Assembly (NCBI GenBank): GCA_016872285.1
Contig: VGZZ01000009.1
Coordinates: forward strand, 820-64,819
DNA: 64,000 nucleotides
Direction: 5' to 3'
Origin: SAR202 cluster bacterium
Lineage (GTDB): Bacteria; Chloroflexota; Dehalococcoidia; Lucifugimonadales; GCA-2712585
Every line of letters begins with the position of its first letter. The first letter of the stretch is position 1. Below, piece after piece: positions 36,324 through 46,474 of the stretch. The notes under the pieces are model-generated. The model did no database searches, was not told the DNA's origin, and saw nothing but the letters and a program-made list of their open reading frames with translations. The position numbers were made by a program, and so were the translations under genes.

Positions 36324-39300
36324 TTAATCGCCTTCAATCTTCATGGTCTCTTTGGAGTCACCGGGGAGGGCGGCGGGTTCATCTTCGTGCAGCAGCTCTA
36401 CGGCCAGACCAAGACTCTGAAGCTCCTTGACCAGCACGTTGAAGGACTCCGGGATGCCGGGCTGCACTATATCCTCACCCTTGACTATGGCCTCGTAGGT
36501 CTTGACGCGGCCCGAGACGTCGTCCGACTTGACGGTCAGCATCTCCTGAAGGTTAAAGGCGGCGCTGTAGGCCTCCAAGGCCCACACCTCCATTTCGCCG
36601 AAGCGCTGGCCGCCGAACTGGGCCTTGCCGCCCAGGGGCTGCTGGGTGATGAGGGAGTAGGGGCCGGTGGAGCGGGCGTGAATCTTGTCCTCCACCAAGT
36701 GGACCAGCTTGAGCATGTATATGTAGCCGACGGTCACAGGCTGGTCGAAAGGCTGGCCGGTCTTGCCGTCGCGCAAGACCATCTTGCCGAAGGTGGGAGG
36801 CGCGAGCCGCTGCTCGTTGTGGTATCTCAGGGCCTTCTCTTTCAGATCCTCGGGGGAGAGGGCGTCCACCTCCTTATCGCTGAGAATGCCGCCGTCCTTG
36901 AGCCATATGCGAAGGGCCGCTTCCGACGCCTTGCCGACAGCCTTCTCGTCCAGGAACTCGTCAAAGCTGCAACCCTTGGACTCAATCCATTCCTTAGCCT
37001 TGTCCCAGTCTATCTTGGGCGCGTTGTCGTCCGGGGAGATGTCCAAGGCTTGGGCCTGCTGGAGGCACCAGATACGGGCTAGACCGTCCTCAATAGTCTC
37101 ATCTCTCGCGCCGTCGAAGATGGGGGTCGCGGCGGAGAAGTTGAGGAGCTTAGCTACCCAGCCAAGGTGAGTCTCCAGGACCTGCCCCAGGTTCATGCGC
37201 GAGGGCACGCCGATGGGGTTGAGGATGATGTCGACGGGGGTACCGTCGGGGAGAAAGGGCATGTCCTCGGCGGGGAGGATGCGGGCCACGACGCCTTTGT
37301 TGCCGTGGCGGCCTGCCATCTTATCGCCGACGGAGATTTTGCGGGTCTGGGCAACCCAAACTCGGACGGCTTCGTTGACGGAGGCCGGCAGCTCGTCCTT
37401 GTTCTGGCGGCTGAGGACCTTCACGTCGATGACCTTGCCGCGCTCGCCGTGGGGAACCCTGAGGGAGGTGTCCTTCACGTCGCGAGACTTCTCGCCGAAG
37501 ATGGCACGGAGCAGCTTTTCCTCGGCGGTGAGTTCGGTCTCGCCCTTGGGGGTAACTTTACCCACCAGGATGTCGCCGGGGCCGACTTCGGCGCCGATGC
37601 GAATGATGCCGCGCTCGTCCAGGTCGCGCAGGCTTTCCTCGCCGACGTTGGGGATGTCCTGAGTGATCTCCTCGGGGCCCAGCTTGGTCTCGCGGGCCTC
37701 CATCTCATGCTTTTCGATGTGTATGGAGGTGAAGAAGTCCTTCTTGACCAGGTTCTCGCTGAGGATGACGGCGTCCTCGTAGTTGTAGCCGCCCCAGCTC
37801 ATGAAGGCCACCAGGACGTTCTGTCCGAGGGCGAGGCTGCCACTCTGAGTCGAAGAGCTGTCTGCCAGCACGGAGCCGACTTCGACCTTTCTTCCCTTCT
37901 GGACTACGGGCCGCTGGTTGAAGCAGGTGCCCTGGTTGGTGCGGCTGAACTTGGTCATCTTGTGGGGATGCTCTTTGCCGCCTTCATCGGTCACGATGAC
38001 TTCGCCGCCGGTCACCTGGGTGACGACTCCAGCGGCCTTGGAAAGCACCACCTGGCCGCTGTCCTGGGCCACGCGGTCTTCAATGCCGGTGCCGATGAGG
38101 GGCGCCTGGGGCTGAAGCAGAGGCACGGCCTGACGCTGCATGTTAGACCCCATTAAGGCACGGTTGGCGTCGTCATGCTCCAGGAAGGGTATGAGGGAGG
38201 CGGACACGCTCATAATCTGCATGGGCGAAACATCCATGAAGTCGACGCGGTCAGGGGACTCCTCGGCGTAGCGGTCGCCGACGCGCACCTCGACGCGCTC
38301 GCCAACAAGCTGGTTCTTTTCGTCAAGCTCAACGTTGGCCTGAGCGACGATATGGACGCCTTCTTTGTCCGCCGACAGGTAGAGGATGTCCTCATCCTTG
38401 CTGGAGACGAAGGCCCTAACGGGTATGGCACGTTTGGACAGAGCGGCGATCCTCTTGAGGGCCGCGGGAGTAATCTTGCTGCCCTCTTTGACGATGCGCT
38501 TCCCTTCTTTATCGTCGATGTCCTGGGTCACGTTGCGACCTACCAGGTCATCATCAGTGTTAGGCAGCTCCTTGAGGACCTTTCGATAGGGCGATTCGAT
38601 GAAGCCGAAGGCGTTGATGCGGGCAAAGCTAGCCAGCGAGCTCAGCAGGCCGATGTTGGGGCCTTCCGGGGTCTCGATGGGGCATATGCGGCCGTAGTGG
38701 GAGAAGTGGACGTCGCGTACGTCAAAGCCGGCGCGCTCGCGGGAGAGGCCGCCAGGGCCAAGGGCGGAGAGGCGGCGCTTGTGGGTCAGCTCGGCCAGGG
38801 GGTTGGTCTGGTCCATGAACTGGGATAGCTGGGAGCCGCCGAAGAACTCGCGGACGGCGGCCACCACGGGCCGGATATTAACCAAGGCCTGGGGGGTGGC
38901 CTGCTCGGGGTCGATTAGGGTCATGCGCTCCTTGACCATGCGCTCCATGCGCAGGAGGCCGACGCGCATCTGGTTCTGCACCAGCTCACCGACGGAGCGG
39001 ACGCGGCGGTTGCCGAGGTTGTCGATGTCATCAGGGGTGCCGTCGCCGTTATTCAACTGGACCATGGTGCGGACCACGGAGATCAGGTCGTCCAGGTCCA
39101 GGACGCGCTGATCCAGGGACTTATCAAGCCCCAGACGGGTGTTGAGCTTGTGCCGGCCGACTTTGTTCAGGTCATAGCGCCGGGGTTCAAAGAGGAGGTT
39201 GCGCAGGAGGGTGTAGGCGTTGTCCACGCTGGGAGGCTCGCCGGGGCGCAGGCGGCGGTAGAACTCCAGCTGGGCGCTGGCGATTTTTCGGGCGAGGGAG

Positions 39301-40100
39301 GCGTCGAAGGGTTTCTCGGGGCGGAGCCAGGCCCAGATTTTGCGCAGGTCATCGTCCTTAAAGAAGGCATCCTTCTCTTCAGGGTAAACGTCTCGCTCAA
39401 GAGTTGAACTGATGTAGCTATTGTTATCGTCATCGTCCACATCCTCGAAAAGCCGCTTCAACTCCTGGTCGTCGGCGATGCCGAGGGCGCGGAAGAAGAT
39501 GCTGACCGAGACTTTGCGCTTTCGGTCGACTTTAACGGAGAGGACGTTCTTGTTGCTGGTCTCGAACTCCAGCCATGCGCCGCGGTAGGGGATAAGCTTA
39601 GCGGAGCAGAGGCTGCGGTTGGTGGCGATGTCGCGCTCCAAAACGAAATAAACGCCAGGGGAGCGGACCAGCTGGCTTACCACCACTCGCTCGGCGCCGT
39701 TGACAATAAAGGTGCCGTCGCCGGTCATCATGGGGATGTCGCCCATGAAGATTTCCTGCTCCTTGATAACGCCCGACTCCTTGGCGACGAGGCGGGCCTC
39801 CACCCACAGAGAGGCGGAGTAGGTTATCTCATTCTGCTTGCACTCTTCCGTGGAATACTTAGGCTCCCGGAAAGTATGCTTGCCGAAGAATATCTCAAAC
39901 TTATTGGCTGTGAAGTCCTGAATCGGCGAGACTTCCTGGAAGACTTCGCTCAGGCCTTCTTCCTTGAGCCAGCTAAAAGAGTCTACCTGCATTTGAATGA
40001 GATGCGGGATGTCCAAGACTCTGGGGATGCGGGCGAAGGACTTGACTGGTCTGCTGCCGTTACCGTTGGAGGTAGATAAGGACAAAGCCATACTCCTCAT
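36324..40100 (-). CDS. rpoB: DNA-directed RNA polymerase subunit beta
   Basis: 1258 aa with [13 protein letters not shown] and [13 protein letters not shown]. The start could be 40100 or 40091. Confidence 0.98.
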   Translation of the reverse strand: MRSMALSLSTSNGNGSRPVKSFARIPRVLDIPHLIQMQVDSFSWLKEEGLSEVFQEVSPIQDFTANKFEIFFGKHTFREPKYSTEECKQNEITYSASLWVEARLVAKESGVIKEQEIFMGDIPMMTGDGTFIVNGAERVVVSQLVRSPGVYFVLERDIATNRSLCSAKLIPYRGAWLEFETSNKNVLSVKVDRKRKVSVSIFFRALGIADDQELKRLFEDVDDDDNNSYISSTLERDVYPEEKDAFFKDDDLRKIWAWLRPEKPFDASLARKIASAQLEFYRRLRPGEPPSVDNAYTLLRNLLFEPRRYDLNKVGRHKLNTRLGLDKSLDQRVLDLDDLISVVRTMVQLNNGDGTPDDIDNLGNRRVRSVGELVQNQMRVGLLRMERMVKERMTLIDPEQATPQALVNIRPVVAAVREFFGGSQLSQFMDQTNPLAELTHKRRLSALGPGGLSRERAGFDVRDVHFSHYGRICPIETPEGPNIGLLSSLASFARINAFGFIESPYRKVLKELPNTDDDLVGRNVTQDIDDKEGKRIVKEGSKITPAALKRIAALSKRAIPVRAFVSSKDEDILYLSADKEGVHIVAQANVELDEKNQLVGERVEVRVGDRYAEESPDRVDFMDVSPMQIMSVSASLIPFLEHDDANRALMGSNMQRQAVPLLQPQAPLIGTGIEDRVAQDSGQVVLSKAAGVVTQVTGGEVIVTDEGGKEHPHKMTKFSRTNQGTCFNQRPVVQKGRKVEVGSVLADSSSTQSGSLALGQNVLVAFMSWGGYNYEDAVILSENLVKKDFFTSIHIEKHEMEARETKLGPEEITQDIPNVGEESLRDLDERGIIRIGAEVGPGDILVGKVTPKGETELTAEEKLLRAIFGEKSRDVKDTSLRVPHGERGKVIDVKVLSRQNKDELPASVNEAVRVWVAQTRKISVGDKMAGRHGNKGVVARILPAEDMPFLPDGTPVDIILNPIGVPSRMNLGQVLETHLGWVAKLLNFSAATPIFDGARDETIEDGLARIWCLQQAQALDISPDDNAPKIDWDKAKEWIESKGCSFDEFLDEKAVGKASEAALRIWLKDGGILSDKEVDALSPEDLKEKALRYHNEQRLAPPTFGKMVLRDGKTGQPFDQPVTVGYIYMLKLVHLVEDKIHARSTGPYSLITQQPLGGKAQFGGQRFGEMEVWALEAYSAAFNLQEMLTVKSDDVSGRVKTYEAIVKGEDIVQPGIPESFNVLVKELQSLGLAVELLHEDEPAALPGDSKETMKIEGD

Positions 40101-40205
40101 ACTCCTAGAGGGGAAAGGATTCGGATCTCGAAAGGCGTGGGCCTAGTGCGGCTAGAAAAGAGCTAACGTGGGCAATTCTTGAAGGCGATAGAATCCGTAA
40201 CCTAT

Positions 40206-40233
40206 ATCGTAGCACTCTTCAGCATGTTGTCAA
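40206..40233 (-). promoter_or_regulatory. Sigma70-like promoter for rpoBC
   Basis: The minus strand reads TTGACA (40233-40228), a 16-nt spacer, then TACGAT (40211-40206), with an A/T-rich stretch upstream. Confidence 0.4.
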
Positions 40234-40429
40234 TAGCTTTTTAAACGAGTTTTTCCCTGTATTACTGTATTACTACAGCTTAAGCATGAGGGCGGCTTTG
40301 CCGCCAAGCGTCTACGAGTCGCAGGATACGGTAGCGTCGATGGCAGAACCGGCTATAGCCTGGCTGGTTGAGGCACACCGCCTTTGCGCAGCGTCAAACC
40401 CGGCTACTGGGCTATAAATAATTCCACTG

Positions 40430-40487
40430 TTGACTTAAAGCTTACTCTGGCGCTATGATACTTAAAACCCCTACCCAGGGGGTATGG
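40430..40487 (+). promoter_or_regulatory. csoR-copA promoter with a putative CsoR operator
   Basis: TTGACT (40430-40435), an 18-nt spacer, then TATGAT (40454-40459). The GC-rich pseudo-palindrome ccctaccc-a-gggggtatggg at about 40467-40487 is of the TACCC-N-GGGGGTA type. Confidence 0.5.
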
Positions 40488-40502
40488 GTTAAGGAGGCCA
40501 GT

Positions 40503-40769
40503 GTGAAGTCCGACGTGAAAAGGGAAGCGGGGAAGCGTCTCTCGTACATAGAAGGGCACATAGCCGGTGTGCGCAAGATGATTGACGAGGACCGCTATTG
40601 TGTAGATGTCCTTAAGCAGACCCACGCTATCAGGAAAGCTATTGAGAAGCTGGAGGCATTGCTGCTGGACGGACATCTGCAATCCTGCGTGGTGGAGGGC
40701 ATAAAGGGTGGGCGCGAGGAGCAGATTGTAAGCGAGTTGCGAGACCTCTATGACGTGAGGTCACGCTAG
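40503..40769 (+). CDS. csoR: CsoR/RcnR-family metal-sensing repressor
   Basis: [41 protein letters not shown] chose the GTG at 40503 (AAGGAGG 5 nt upstream) because the track ATG at 40455 lies inside the -10 box. Confidence 0.85.
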   Translation: MKSDVKREAGKRLSYIEGHIAGVRKMIDEDRYCVDVLKQTHAIRKAIEKLEALLLDGHLQSCVVEGIKGGREEQIVSELRDLYDVRSR

Positions 40770-40798
40770 TCAGTTATACTTTATCGGCGGTATCAGAT

Positions 40799-43363
40799 AT
40801 GGCTCGACCTACTACAAGCACAAAACAATCTAATACAGGGCGATCTAGTAACGAGAAGAGGTTGACTATCCCTATAACCGGGATGACCTGCGCCTCCTGC
40901 GTCGCCACCATCGAGAAGGCGCTGGAGGGGGTCCCGGGCGTGGCTTCAGCGTCGGTGAACCTGTCGACCGAGAAGGCGACAATTACGTTGGAAGGCGAGT
41001 TGACAGAAAACCCGGCATCGCTGGAAGCGCTAACTAAGGCCGTCAGCGAGGCTGGATACGGCGTGGGCGGGCGAAGGACAACGCTGAGCATTGGCGGCAT
41101 GACCTGCGCTTCCTGCGTAGCGACGGTGGAGAAGGCTCTAAGAAGCGTCCCCGGTGTTCTTTCGGCGTCGGTTAACCTGGCGACTGAGAAGGCGACGGTG
41201 GAAATGGCGCCGGGCGCCGCGGGCGTTGAAGATCTCATACGCTCCGTCCAGGAGTCCGGGTATTCAGCCACGCCGGAATCGGCCTCGGAGGAAGAGGGCC
41301 TGGCAGAGGAGTCGCAGCGGTTAAGTAAGGTCAGGGAGGCCGCGGGGTTATGGCGCAAGTTCCTTGCAGCTGGCTTAGGCGGCGCGCTGCTCTTTATAGG
41401 CAGCTTTGATCCTTTCCCGTGGGTCCCGCCGCTGATGGCGAACTCCGCCTACCTACTGCTCCTTTGGGCTGTGGCAACACCTATTCAATTCTGGAGCGGT
41501 TCCAGCTTCTATCGATACGGCTTTGGGGCGCTCCAGCATGGTTCCGCCAACATGAACACGCTTATAGCCCTGGGGACTACGGCGGCCTATGTCTACAGCG
41601 CAGTAATGGTGGTGCTGGAGATCGCCGGGTCCGACGCGCTGCTCACCCGAGGGTTGGAGAGGGCAGTCTACTTCGACACCTCGGCTATCATCATCGCGCT
41701 GGTGCTACTGGGCCGATATATGGAGCTGCGGGCCCGAGGGAGGACGTCGGAGGCGATCCGGCGGCTTATCGGGCTGCGTCCCGAGTCGGCTCGAGTCGTG
41801 CGGGATGGAGAGGAGAGGGAGGTGGCTATAAGCCAGGTGGCGGTGGGAGACGTGGTGGTGGTGCGGCCTGGAGAGCGCATACCCGTCGACGGCGTGGTGC
41901 TGGATGGTTACACATCGGTGGACGAATCCATGATTTCGGGTGAAAGCCTTCCGGTGGAGAAAACGGTGGGGTCCAGTGTCATCGGCGCGACGATCAACAA
42001 GACGGGGTTCGTCAAGTTTCGCGCCACGCGAGTCGGCAAAGACACCACGCTTTCCCAGATTGTGCGGCTGGTGCAGGAGGCCCAGGGCTCCAAGCTGCCA
42101 ATTCAGCGCCTGGCGGACCTGGTATCCGCCTACTTTGTTCCTATAGTTATCGCCGTTGCCCTGGGCGCGTTTGTGTTCTGGCTATTCTTCGGCCCGTCGC
42201 CGGCCCTGACTTACGCGCTGCTCACATCGGTGGCGATACTGATTATAGCGTGCCCGTGCGCTATGGGCCTGGCGACGCCTACGGCGATAATGGTCTCCAC
42301 CGGCAGGGGAGCGGAAGCGGGCATCTTGATTCGAAACGGGGAGGCGCTGGAGAAGGCCAGCAAGATCACCACCGTGGTCCTAGACAAAACCGGGACGCTG
42401 ACTGTAGGCAGGCCGTCGGTTACCGACGTTATTCCGCTTCAAGGGAAAGATGACGAGCTATTGAGGCTGGCGGCGTCGGTGGAGAAGGGGTCGGAGCATC
42501 CTCTAGGAGAGGCCATTGTTCGAGAGGCGGAGGTCCGCGGCGTAGGGCTGCTTGAAGCCAAAGGCTTTCAGGCCGTGCCCGGCCAGGGTGTGCAGGCACA
42601 AATCAATGGGGCAAAAGTCCTTTTAGGCAATCGCGCTTTCATGGAGGCCCAAGGCCACGTGCTGGATGGACTCGTGAAGAAAGCCGAGGAACTGTCGACG
42701 CAAGGCAAGACAGCCATGTTCGTATCGAGCGGCGATGGAATGGCGGGGATTATCGGTGTGGCCGACACTATCAAGCCAGGCGCAGCCGAGGCTATCGCCC
42801 GACTAAAGGGGCTGGGCCTGGAAGTCATCATGCTGACCGGCGACAACAGGGTTACCGCCGAGGCCATCGCCCAGCAGCTGGGAGTGGACGAGGTTGTGGC
42901 GGAGGTGCTGCCTGGGGACAAGGCCGCCAAGGTGAAAGAGCTGCAGGAGCAGGGTAAGGCGGTGGCCATGGCCGGCGACGGCATAAATGACGCTCCGGCG
43001 CTGGCGCAAGCCGACGTATCGATAGCCATGGGGACGGGGACGGACGTGGCGATGGAGTCCTCGGACGTGGTGCTGATGCGCGGCGACCTTGCGTCGCTGG
43101 TAGGAGTGTTTGGATTAAGTCGAAGAACACTGCGCGTTATTAGGCAAAATCTCTTTTGGGCGATGTTTTACAATGTTGCCCTGATACCCGTAGCGGCCGG
43201 CGTTCTCTATCCTGTCTTTAAGGATGGGGTGCCGGGCGGTCTGGAGTTCTTCTTTGGCGACGTCGGTTTTCTGAATCCTGTGCTGGCGGCCCTGGCGATG
43301 GCGTTTAGCTCGGTGAGCGTGGTAAGCAACTCGCTAAGATTACGGAGGTTAAAGCTAACTTAA
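40799..43363 (+). CDS. copA: Copper-translocating P1B-type ATPase
   Basis: 854 aa with two [11 protein letters not shown] domains, CPC, DKTGTLT and GDGINDAP. Confidence 0.95.
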   Translation: MARPTTSTKQSNTGRSSNEKRLTIPITGMTCASCVATIEKALEGVPGVASASVNLSTEKATITLEGELTENPASLEALTKAVSEAGYGVGGRRTTLSIGGMTCASCVATVEKALRSVPGVLSASVNLATEKATVEMAPGAAGVEDLIRSVQESGYSATPESASEEEGLAEESQRLSKVREAAGLWRKFLAAGLGGALLFIGSFDPFPWVPPLMANSAYLLLLWAVATPIQFWSGSSFYRYGFGALQHGSANMNTLIALGTTAAYVYSAVMVVLEIAGSDALLTRGLERAVYFDTSAIIIALVLLGRYMELRARGRTSEAIRRLIGLRPESARVVRDGEEREVAISQVAVGDVVVVRPGERIPVDGVVLDGYTSVDESMISGESLPVEKTVGSSVIGATINKTGFVKFRATRVGKDTTLSQIVRLVQEAQGSKLPIQRLADLVSAYFVPIVIAVALGAFVFWLFFGPSPALTYALLTSVAILIIACPCAMGLATPTAIMVSTGRGAEAGILIRNGEALEKASKITTVVLDKTGTLTVGRPSVTDVIPLQGKDDELLRLAASVEKGSEHPLGEAIVREAEVRGVGLLEAKGFQAVPGQGVQAQINGAKVLLGNRAFMEAQGHVLDGLVKKAEELSTQGKTAMFVSSGDGMAGIIGVADTIKPGAAEAIARLKGLGLEVIMLTGDNRVTAEAIAQQLGVDEVVAEVLPGDKAAKVKELQEQGKAVAMAGDGINDAPALAQADVSIAMGTGTDVAMESSDVVLMRGDLASLVGVFGLSRRTLRVIRQNLFWAMFYNVALIPVAAGVLYPVFKDGVPGGLEFFFGDVGFLNPVLAALAMAFSSVSVVSNSLRLRRLKLT

Positions 43364-43364
43364 G

Positions 43365-43562
43365 ATGGCAGGCATATTTGAAAGGATTTTTCGGTCCGGG
43401 AAAGATAAAAAGATAGCGATAGACCCGGTGTGCAAGATGGAGGTGGACATATCCAACACTCCAGGAGGCAAGTCGGAGCATGGGGGGAAGGCCTACTATT
43501 TCTGCGCGCCAGGGTGCAAACGGGCCTTCGATAAGGAGCCCCAGAAGTATGCCGCGTCCTAG
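43365..43562 (+). CDS. YHS/TRASH-domain metal-binding protein
   Basis: 65 aa: DPVCKMEVD..YYFCAPGCKRAFDKEPQKY. Confidence 0.8.
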   Translation: MAGIFERIFRSGKDKKIAIDPVCKMEVDISNTPGGKSEHGGKAYYFCAPGCKRAFDKEPQKYAAS

Positions 43563-43621
43563 CCGCATAGGTTTAAAAAGAGGGCCGGATAGGCTATAAT
43601 CGTTTGCGAAAAGCGTAAGAG

Positions 43622-43861
43622 GTGCCGAGCTTGTCGGATACAAGTGCTCCGGAAATCATAGTCTATACCCATCCAGACTGCGGGTTCTCCGCGGCGGTGA
43701 AATTCGACTATGACAACAGGGGCGTTAAGTACCGCGAGATAGACATTTCGTTGCAGCCCGAAGCGATACCGGAGTTGGAGCGACTGGCCGGCGGCGAAAG
43801 AATTACGCCGGTGATTGTGGAAGGGGACAAGGTCACGGTGGGCTTCAACGGCATTGGTTGA
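43622..43861 (+). CDS. Glutaredoxin-like protein with a CxxS motif
   Basis: IIVYTHPDCGFSAAVK..ITPVIVEGDKVTVGFNG shows a thioredoxin fold pattern. GTG start. Confidence 0.65.
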   Translation: MPSLSDTSAPEIIVYTHPDCGFSAAVKFDYDNRGVKYREIDISLQPEAIPELERLAGGERITPVIVEGDKVTVGFNGIG

Positions 43862-43872
43862 AGCTTCTGAAG

Positions 43873-43891
43873 GCCGGGCCGTCGGCCCGGC
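43873..43891 (+). terminator. GC hairpin after the copper operon (no U-tract)
   Basis: gccgggcc-gtc-ggcccggc. Confidence 0.3.
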
Positions 43892-43918
43892 GCGAGCCTA
43901 GCTCCACCCTTGCCCGTA

Positions 43919-43947
43919 TTGACACTTAACAGCGCTAACCCTAGTAT
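43919..43947 (+). promoter_or_regulatory. Sigma70-like promoter for tRNA-Asp
   Basis: TTGACA (43919-43924), a 17-nt spacer, then TAGTAT (43942-43947), 16 nt before the tRNA 5' end. Confidence 0.55.
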
Positions 43948-43963
43948 CATTTTGTACGCTAAC

Positions 43964-44040
43964 GGCCCGGTGGTGTAGCGGCCAAACATACTGCCCTGTC
44001 AAGGCAGAGATCGGGGGTTCGAATCCCCTCCGGGTCGCCA
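43964..44040 (+). tRNA. tRNA-Asp (anticodon GUC), CCA encoded
   Basis: GGCCCGGTGGTGTAGCGGCCAAACATACTGCCCTGTCAAGGCAGAGATCGGGGGTTCGAATCCCCTCCGGGTCGCCA. The anticodon loop is CTGTCAA. Confidence 0.95.
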
Positions 44041-44054
44041 TGGTTTTATTAAGC

Positions 44055-44371
44055 TTTGGATAGAGGGGCTTTGCGCGGGCAGGTGGGGTGTTGGTCTCAT
44101 TCGGGTCCACCAGCTCCTTTATCTCGCCACGGCGAGCTTGCAGCCCCTTCCTTTTCGGGAAGGGGAAGAGAAAAGCCACCACAACCCCCTGCTTCGACCA
44201 TACTTAGGACGGTCCGATTGCATCGGACTGCGCCATATACGCTTAAAGATAGCGGATCTTTCAGGCCGAGGGAGGACCAGATGGGAGCCTGCCCAAAGGC
44301 CCCCACCGAGATGTTACGCTTCATATCCGCTTCCGGACCAGGGGTACACCGAGTTTTCGTGCAAAGCTGAG
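44055..44371 (+). repeat. Mosaic intergenic repeat, copy I (long left arm, H1 variant, middle, degenerate H2, right arm R2)
   Basis: ctttggatagaggggctttgcgcgg..ctcattcgggtccacca..ccccttcc-ttttcg-ggaagggg..ccaccacaaccccctgcttcgacc.. plus R2 at 44277-44369. Confidence 0.8.
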
Positions 44372-44451
44372 TGAGTAGAGTCAGATATTGTTTGGTTGGG
44401 GATGAGCGTGGTTCGGACAGAGGCACTTCGTAACTATGGATGTCTTAAGAA

Positions 44452-44850
44452 TTAATTCACGTCTGTCGTTTTACACAGGAGTTCTTTTAGCAGACCTTGA
44501 AGTTCTGTGATGCTAAAAGGTTTTTCTAGGAAATGTCTGATGCCGGACAGGGCAAGGCGTTCTTTGGTAACCTGGAGAGGCCACGCGCTGGTGAGGATGA
44601 TCGGGAGGTCAGGGTTCATCTCATGGAGGCGCTTGGCTGCTTCCAGGCCGCTGGCGTCGGGCAAGTTCAGGTCCATGAGCACCAGCGATACACCTTCAAG
44701 ACTAGCAAAGGCCACGGCCTCAGCGGCGGTAGTGGTAAGGATTGGAATGTAGCCTAGCTGCTCAAAAGTGGAAGAAAGTAAGCGGCCCACCAGCTCATGG
44801 CCTTCCACCAGCAGAATTCTAGCGCCCTGGGATGCGACGCCTTCAGTCAC
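44452..44850 (-). CDS. Single-domain response regulator (receiver only)
   Basis: ARILLVEGHE..LVLMDLNLPDASG..IILTSA..EKPF. I chose the GTG at 44850, 1 nt after the kinase stop; the track start at 44934 overlaps the kinase by 83 nt. Confidence 0.8.
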   Translation of the reverse strand: MTEGVASQGARILLVEGHELVGRLLSSTFEQLGYIPILTTTAAEAVAFASLEGVSLVLMDLNLPDASGLEAAKRLHEMNPDLPIILTSAWPLQVTKERLALSGIRHFLEKPFSITELQGLLKELLCKTTDVN

Positions 44851-44851
44851 C

Positions 44852-45619
44852 TTAGGGCTGTTGGACGGCGGGGAGCAGGATAGAGAAAGTAGTCCCTTTT
44901 CCTGCCTTGCTTTTGAAGCTGATGCGCCCACCATGGGCAGATACTACGTGCTTGACTACTGTGAGGCCAATGCCTGTGTGAGCATTGCCTTTTCCTGAGA
45001 AGAAGGGTTCGAATATTCTTGCCTGGTCTTCCGGATTAATCCCCGTTCCAGTGTCGCTAACCAAGACCTCCGTCATGGACTCTCTCGGGCTGGACGCCAC
45101 GGTCAAGGTGCCGCCCTTTTCGTTCATGGCGTCCAGGGCATTAATCAAGAGGTTGACCAGGGCCGACCGCAAAAGCACTTCGTCGCCGATGAGCGGCCGA
45201 TGGTCGTGTAATTCGATCTTTGCTTTGACATCGGCTCCGTATATTCTGGCCAGTTCGAGCCTGTAAGGTTCCACGTATCTGATAGCCTCAGTCAGCACTT
45301 TGTCCAACAGAACGACCTGCCTGGCCACTGGATTCTGGATCACCTCTTTGACTGAAAGGCGCTTAACCATCTCTTTAATGTCTAGAGTGACGCCCTTAAG
45401 AGAATCCAGCATGGACTTGCTCCCAGGCCGCTCATTAGACAAGGTCACAAGATCAATTGTGCCGCTTATGACCTGCAGCAAGTTGTTGATGTCATGAATC
45501 AATCCCTTAGCCATCAGCCTATTGGCCTGGGCCTCATTAGCCCAAGCTACCAGTGCCATCAGTTCCGTGTCCCACGGCTGGGCTTTAGCCGCGGTCATGT
45601 TTTGCGGCGCTGTCTTCAC
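44852..45619 (-). CDS. Cytoplasmic histidine kinase (HisKA + HATPase_c, no sensor or TM domain)
   Basis: H-box GLIHDINNLLQVISG at about residue 40; N-box LINALDAM; G-boxes DTGTGI and GIGLTV. Confidence 0.85.
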   Translation of the reverse strand: MKTAPQNMTAAKAQPWDTELMALVAWANEAQANRLMAKGLIHDINNLLQVISGTIDLVTLSNERPGSKSMLDSLKGVTLDIKEMVKRLSVKEVIQNPVARQVVLLDKVLTEAIRYVEPYRLELARIYGADVKAKIELHDHRPLIGDEVLLRSALVNLLINALDAMNEKGGTLTVASSPRESMTEVLVSDTGTGINPEDQARIFEPFFSGKGNAHTGIGLTVVKHVVSAHGGRISFKSKAGKGTTFSILLPAVQQP

Positions 45620-46227
45620 TGTTTCACCTCTTTAAGTTGATGCGCCGAAGTTAGTTTCTCCGTCGCGAGCGAGTGGTCAGCGGAACTGCCCGGCGAGGTA
45701 GATTTTTGCGGCGTCGAATTCGAGAGCAAGGCTCTGCCCAGCTTTAGCAGCACCAGCATCAGCCCGAGGATAATCAACAGGTCGCCGATGCTCCAGACAG
45801 AGTGGATAGGGAAGGTAGAGGGGATAATGTCCGAGAATAGCGCTAGGTTTGTTTCTTCTTCCAGCAGCAAGATGTTTTTTGGGTCTGGAAGCTGAGAACC
45901 AGGAGCGAAGACAGACTCTTCTATGAAGCCAGCCTTGCGCAGGGCTTCCGGCGTGACGGGCATTCGCCAACTGTTGAAGGCTATGACCAAAAAATTTAGC
46001 GCCGCGCCGGCAAACATTACCTTGAAGCCGAGGACTCTCAGGTTGGCGACTACACCCGCCAGCAGCAACAGATAGGAGCCTGCTAGAGCCGCGGTTATGA
46101 ACCCGCCGTAAGCCTCAATGGGCATGAGATAAATGCCGGCGAGTTGAAACAGCAGGGCCCCGCATAACACCCAAGACCATTTCAAGTGAGTGAGGGAGTC
46201 TATATTGATCAGGAATCCTTTTATCAA
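45616..46227 (-). CDS. Polytopic membrane protein (possibly DUF5317-like)
   Basis: 203 aa with about 5 hydrophobic helices and NFLVIAFNSWRMPV. TTG start. Its stop overlaps the kinase start by 4 nt. Confidence 0.55.
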   Translation of the reverse strand: MIKGFLINIDSLTHLKWSWVLCGALLFQLAGIYLMPIEAYGGFITAALAGSYLLLLAGVVANLRVLGFKVMFAGAALNFLVIAFNSWRMPVTPEALRKAGFIEESVFAPGSQLPDPKNILLLEEETNLALFSDIIPSTFPIHSVWSIGDLLIILGLMLVLLKLGRALLSNSTPQKSTSPGSSADHSLATEKLTSAHQLKEVKQ

Positions 46228-46254
46228 GAAAGGCCTCTTGAAAATCAGCGTACA

Positions 46255-46317
46255 TACAAAAATGGCACTGCGGCTTGCGGCTAACCACCACCGCCCCTCA
46301 GTGCCATAACTGTAAGA
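46255..46317 (-). terminator. Hairpin + U-run after the small-peptide ORF
   Basis: The minus strand reads atggcactg..(structured loop)..cagtgccat followed by tttttgt. Confidence 0.5.
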
Positions 46318-46334
46318 TTATTAGGTTATGAGAC

Positions 46335-46433
46335 TTATGGAGACCAGCTATAAGGAGCCAGGGCGGCCAACGCCGCAGCGGTAGCGACCAGCGCGGAGAC
46401 TAGGATAGCGATCTTTGCCTTTAAGTTCTTCAT
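46335..46433 (-). CDS. 32-codon small ORF: exported-peptide precursor or single-pass micro-protein
   Basis: Not in the track (<60 aa). A GGAGGT RBS lies 7 nt before the ATG at 46433. It reads MKNLKAKIAILVSALVATAAALAALAPYSWSP and ends in TAA. It is flanked by terminators on both sides. Confidence 0.5.
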   Translation of the reverse strand: MKNLKAKIAILVSALVATAAALAALAPYSWSP

Positions 46434-46474
46434 AACCCGACCTCCTAATTTCGTTGCACTAATGATGAAGGTCT

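Noticed and set aside
32149-38828. Many long plus-strand ORFs, for example 33327..34253, 35874..37082, 37167..38156 and 38175..38828
   Set aside because: All are antisense to rpoC or rpoB. They are high-GC shadow frames with no recognisable domains.
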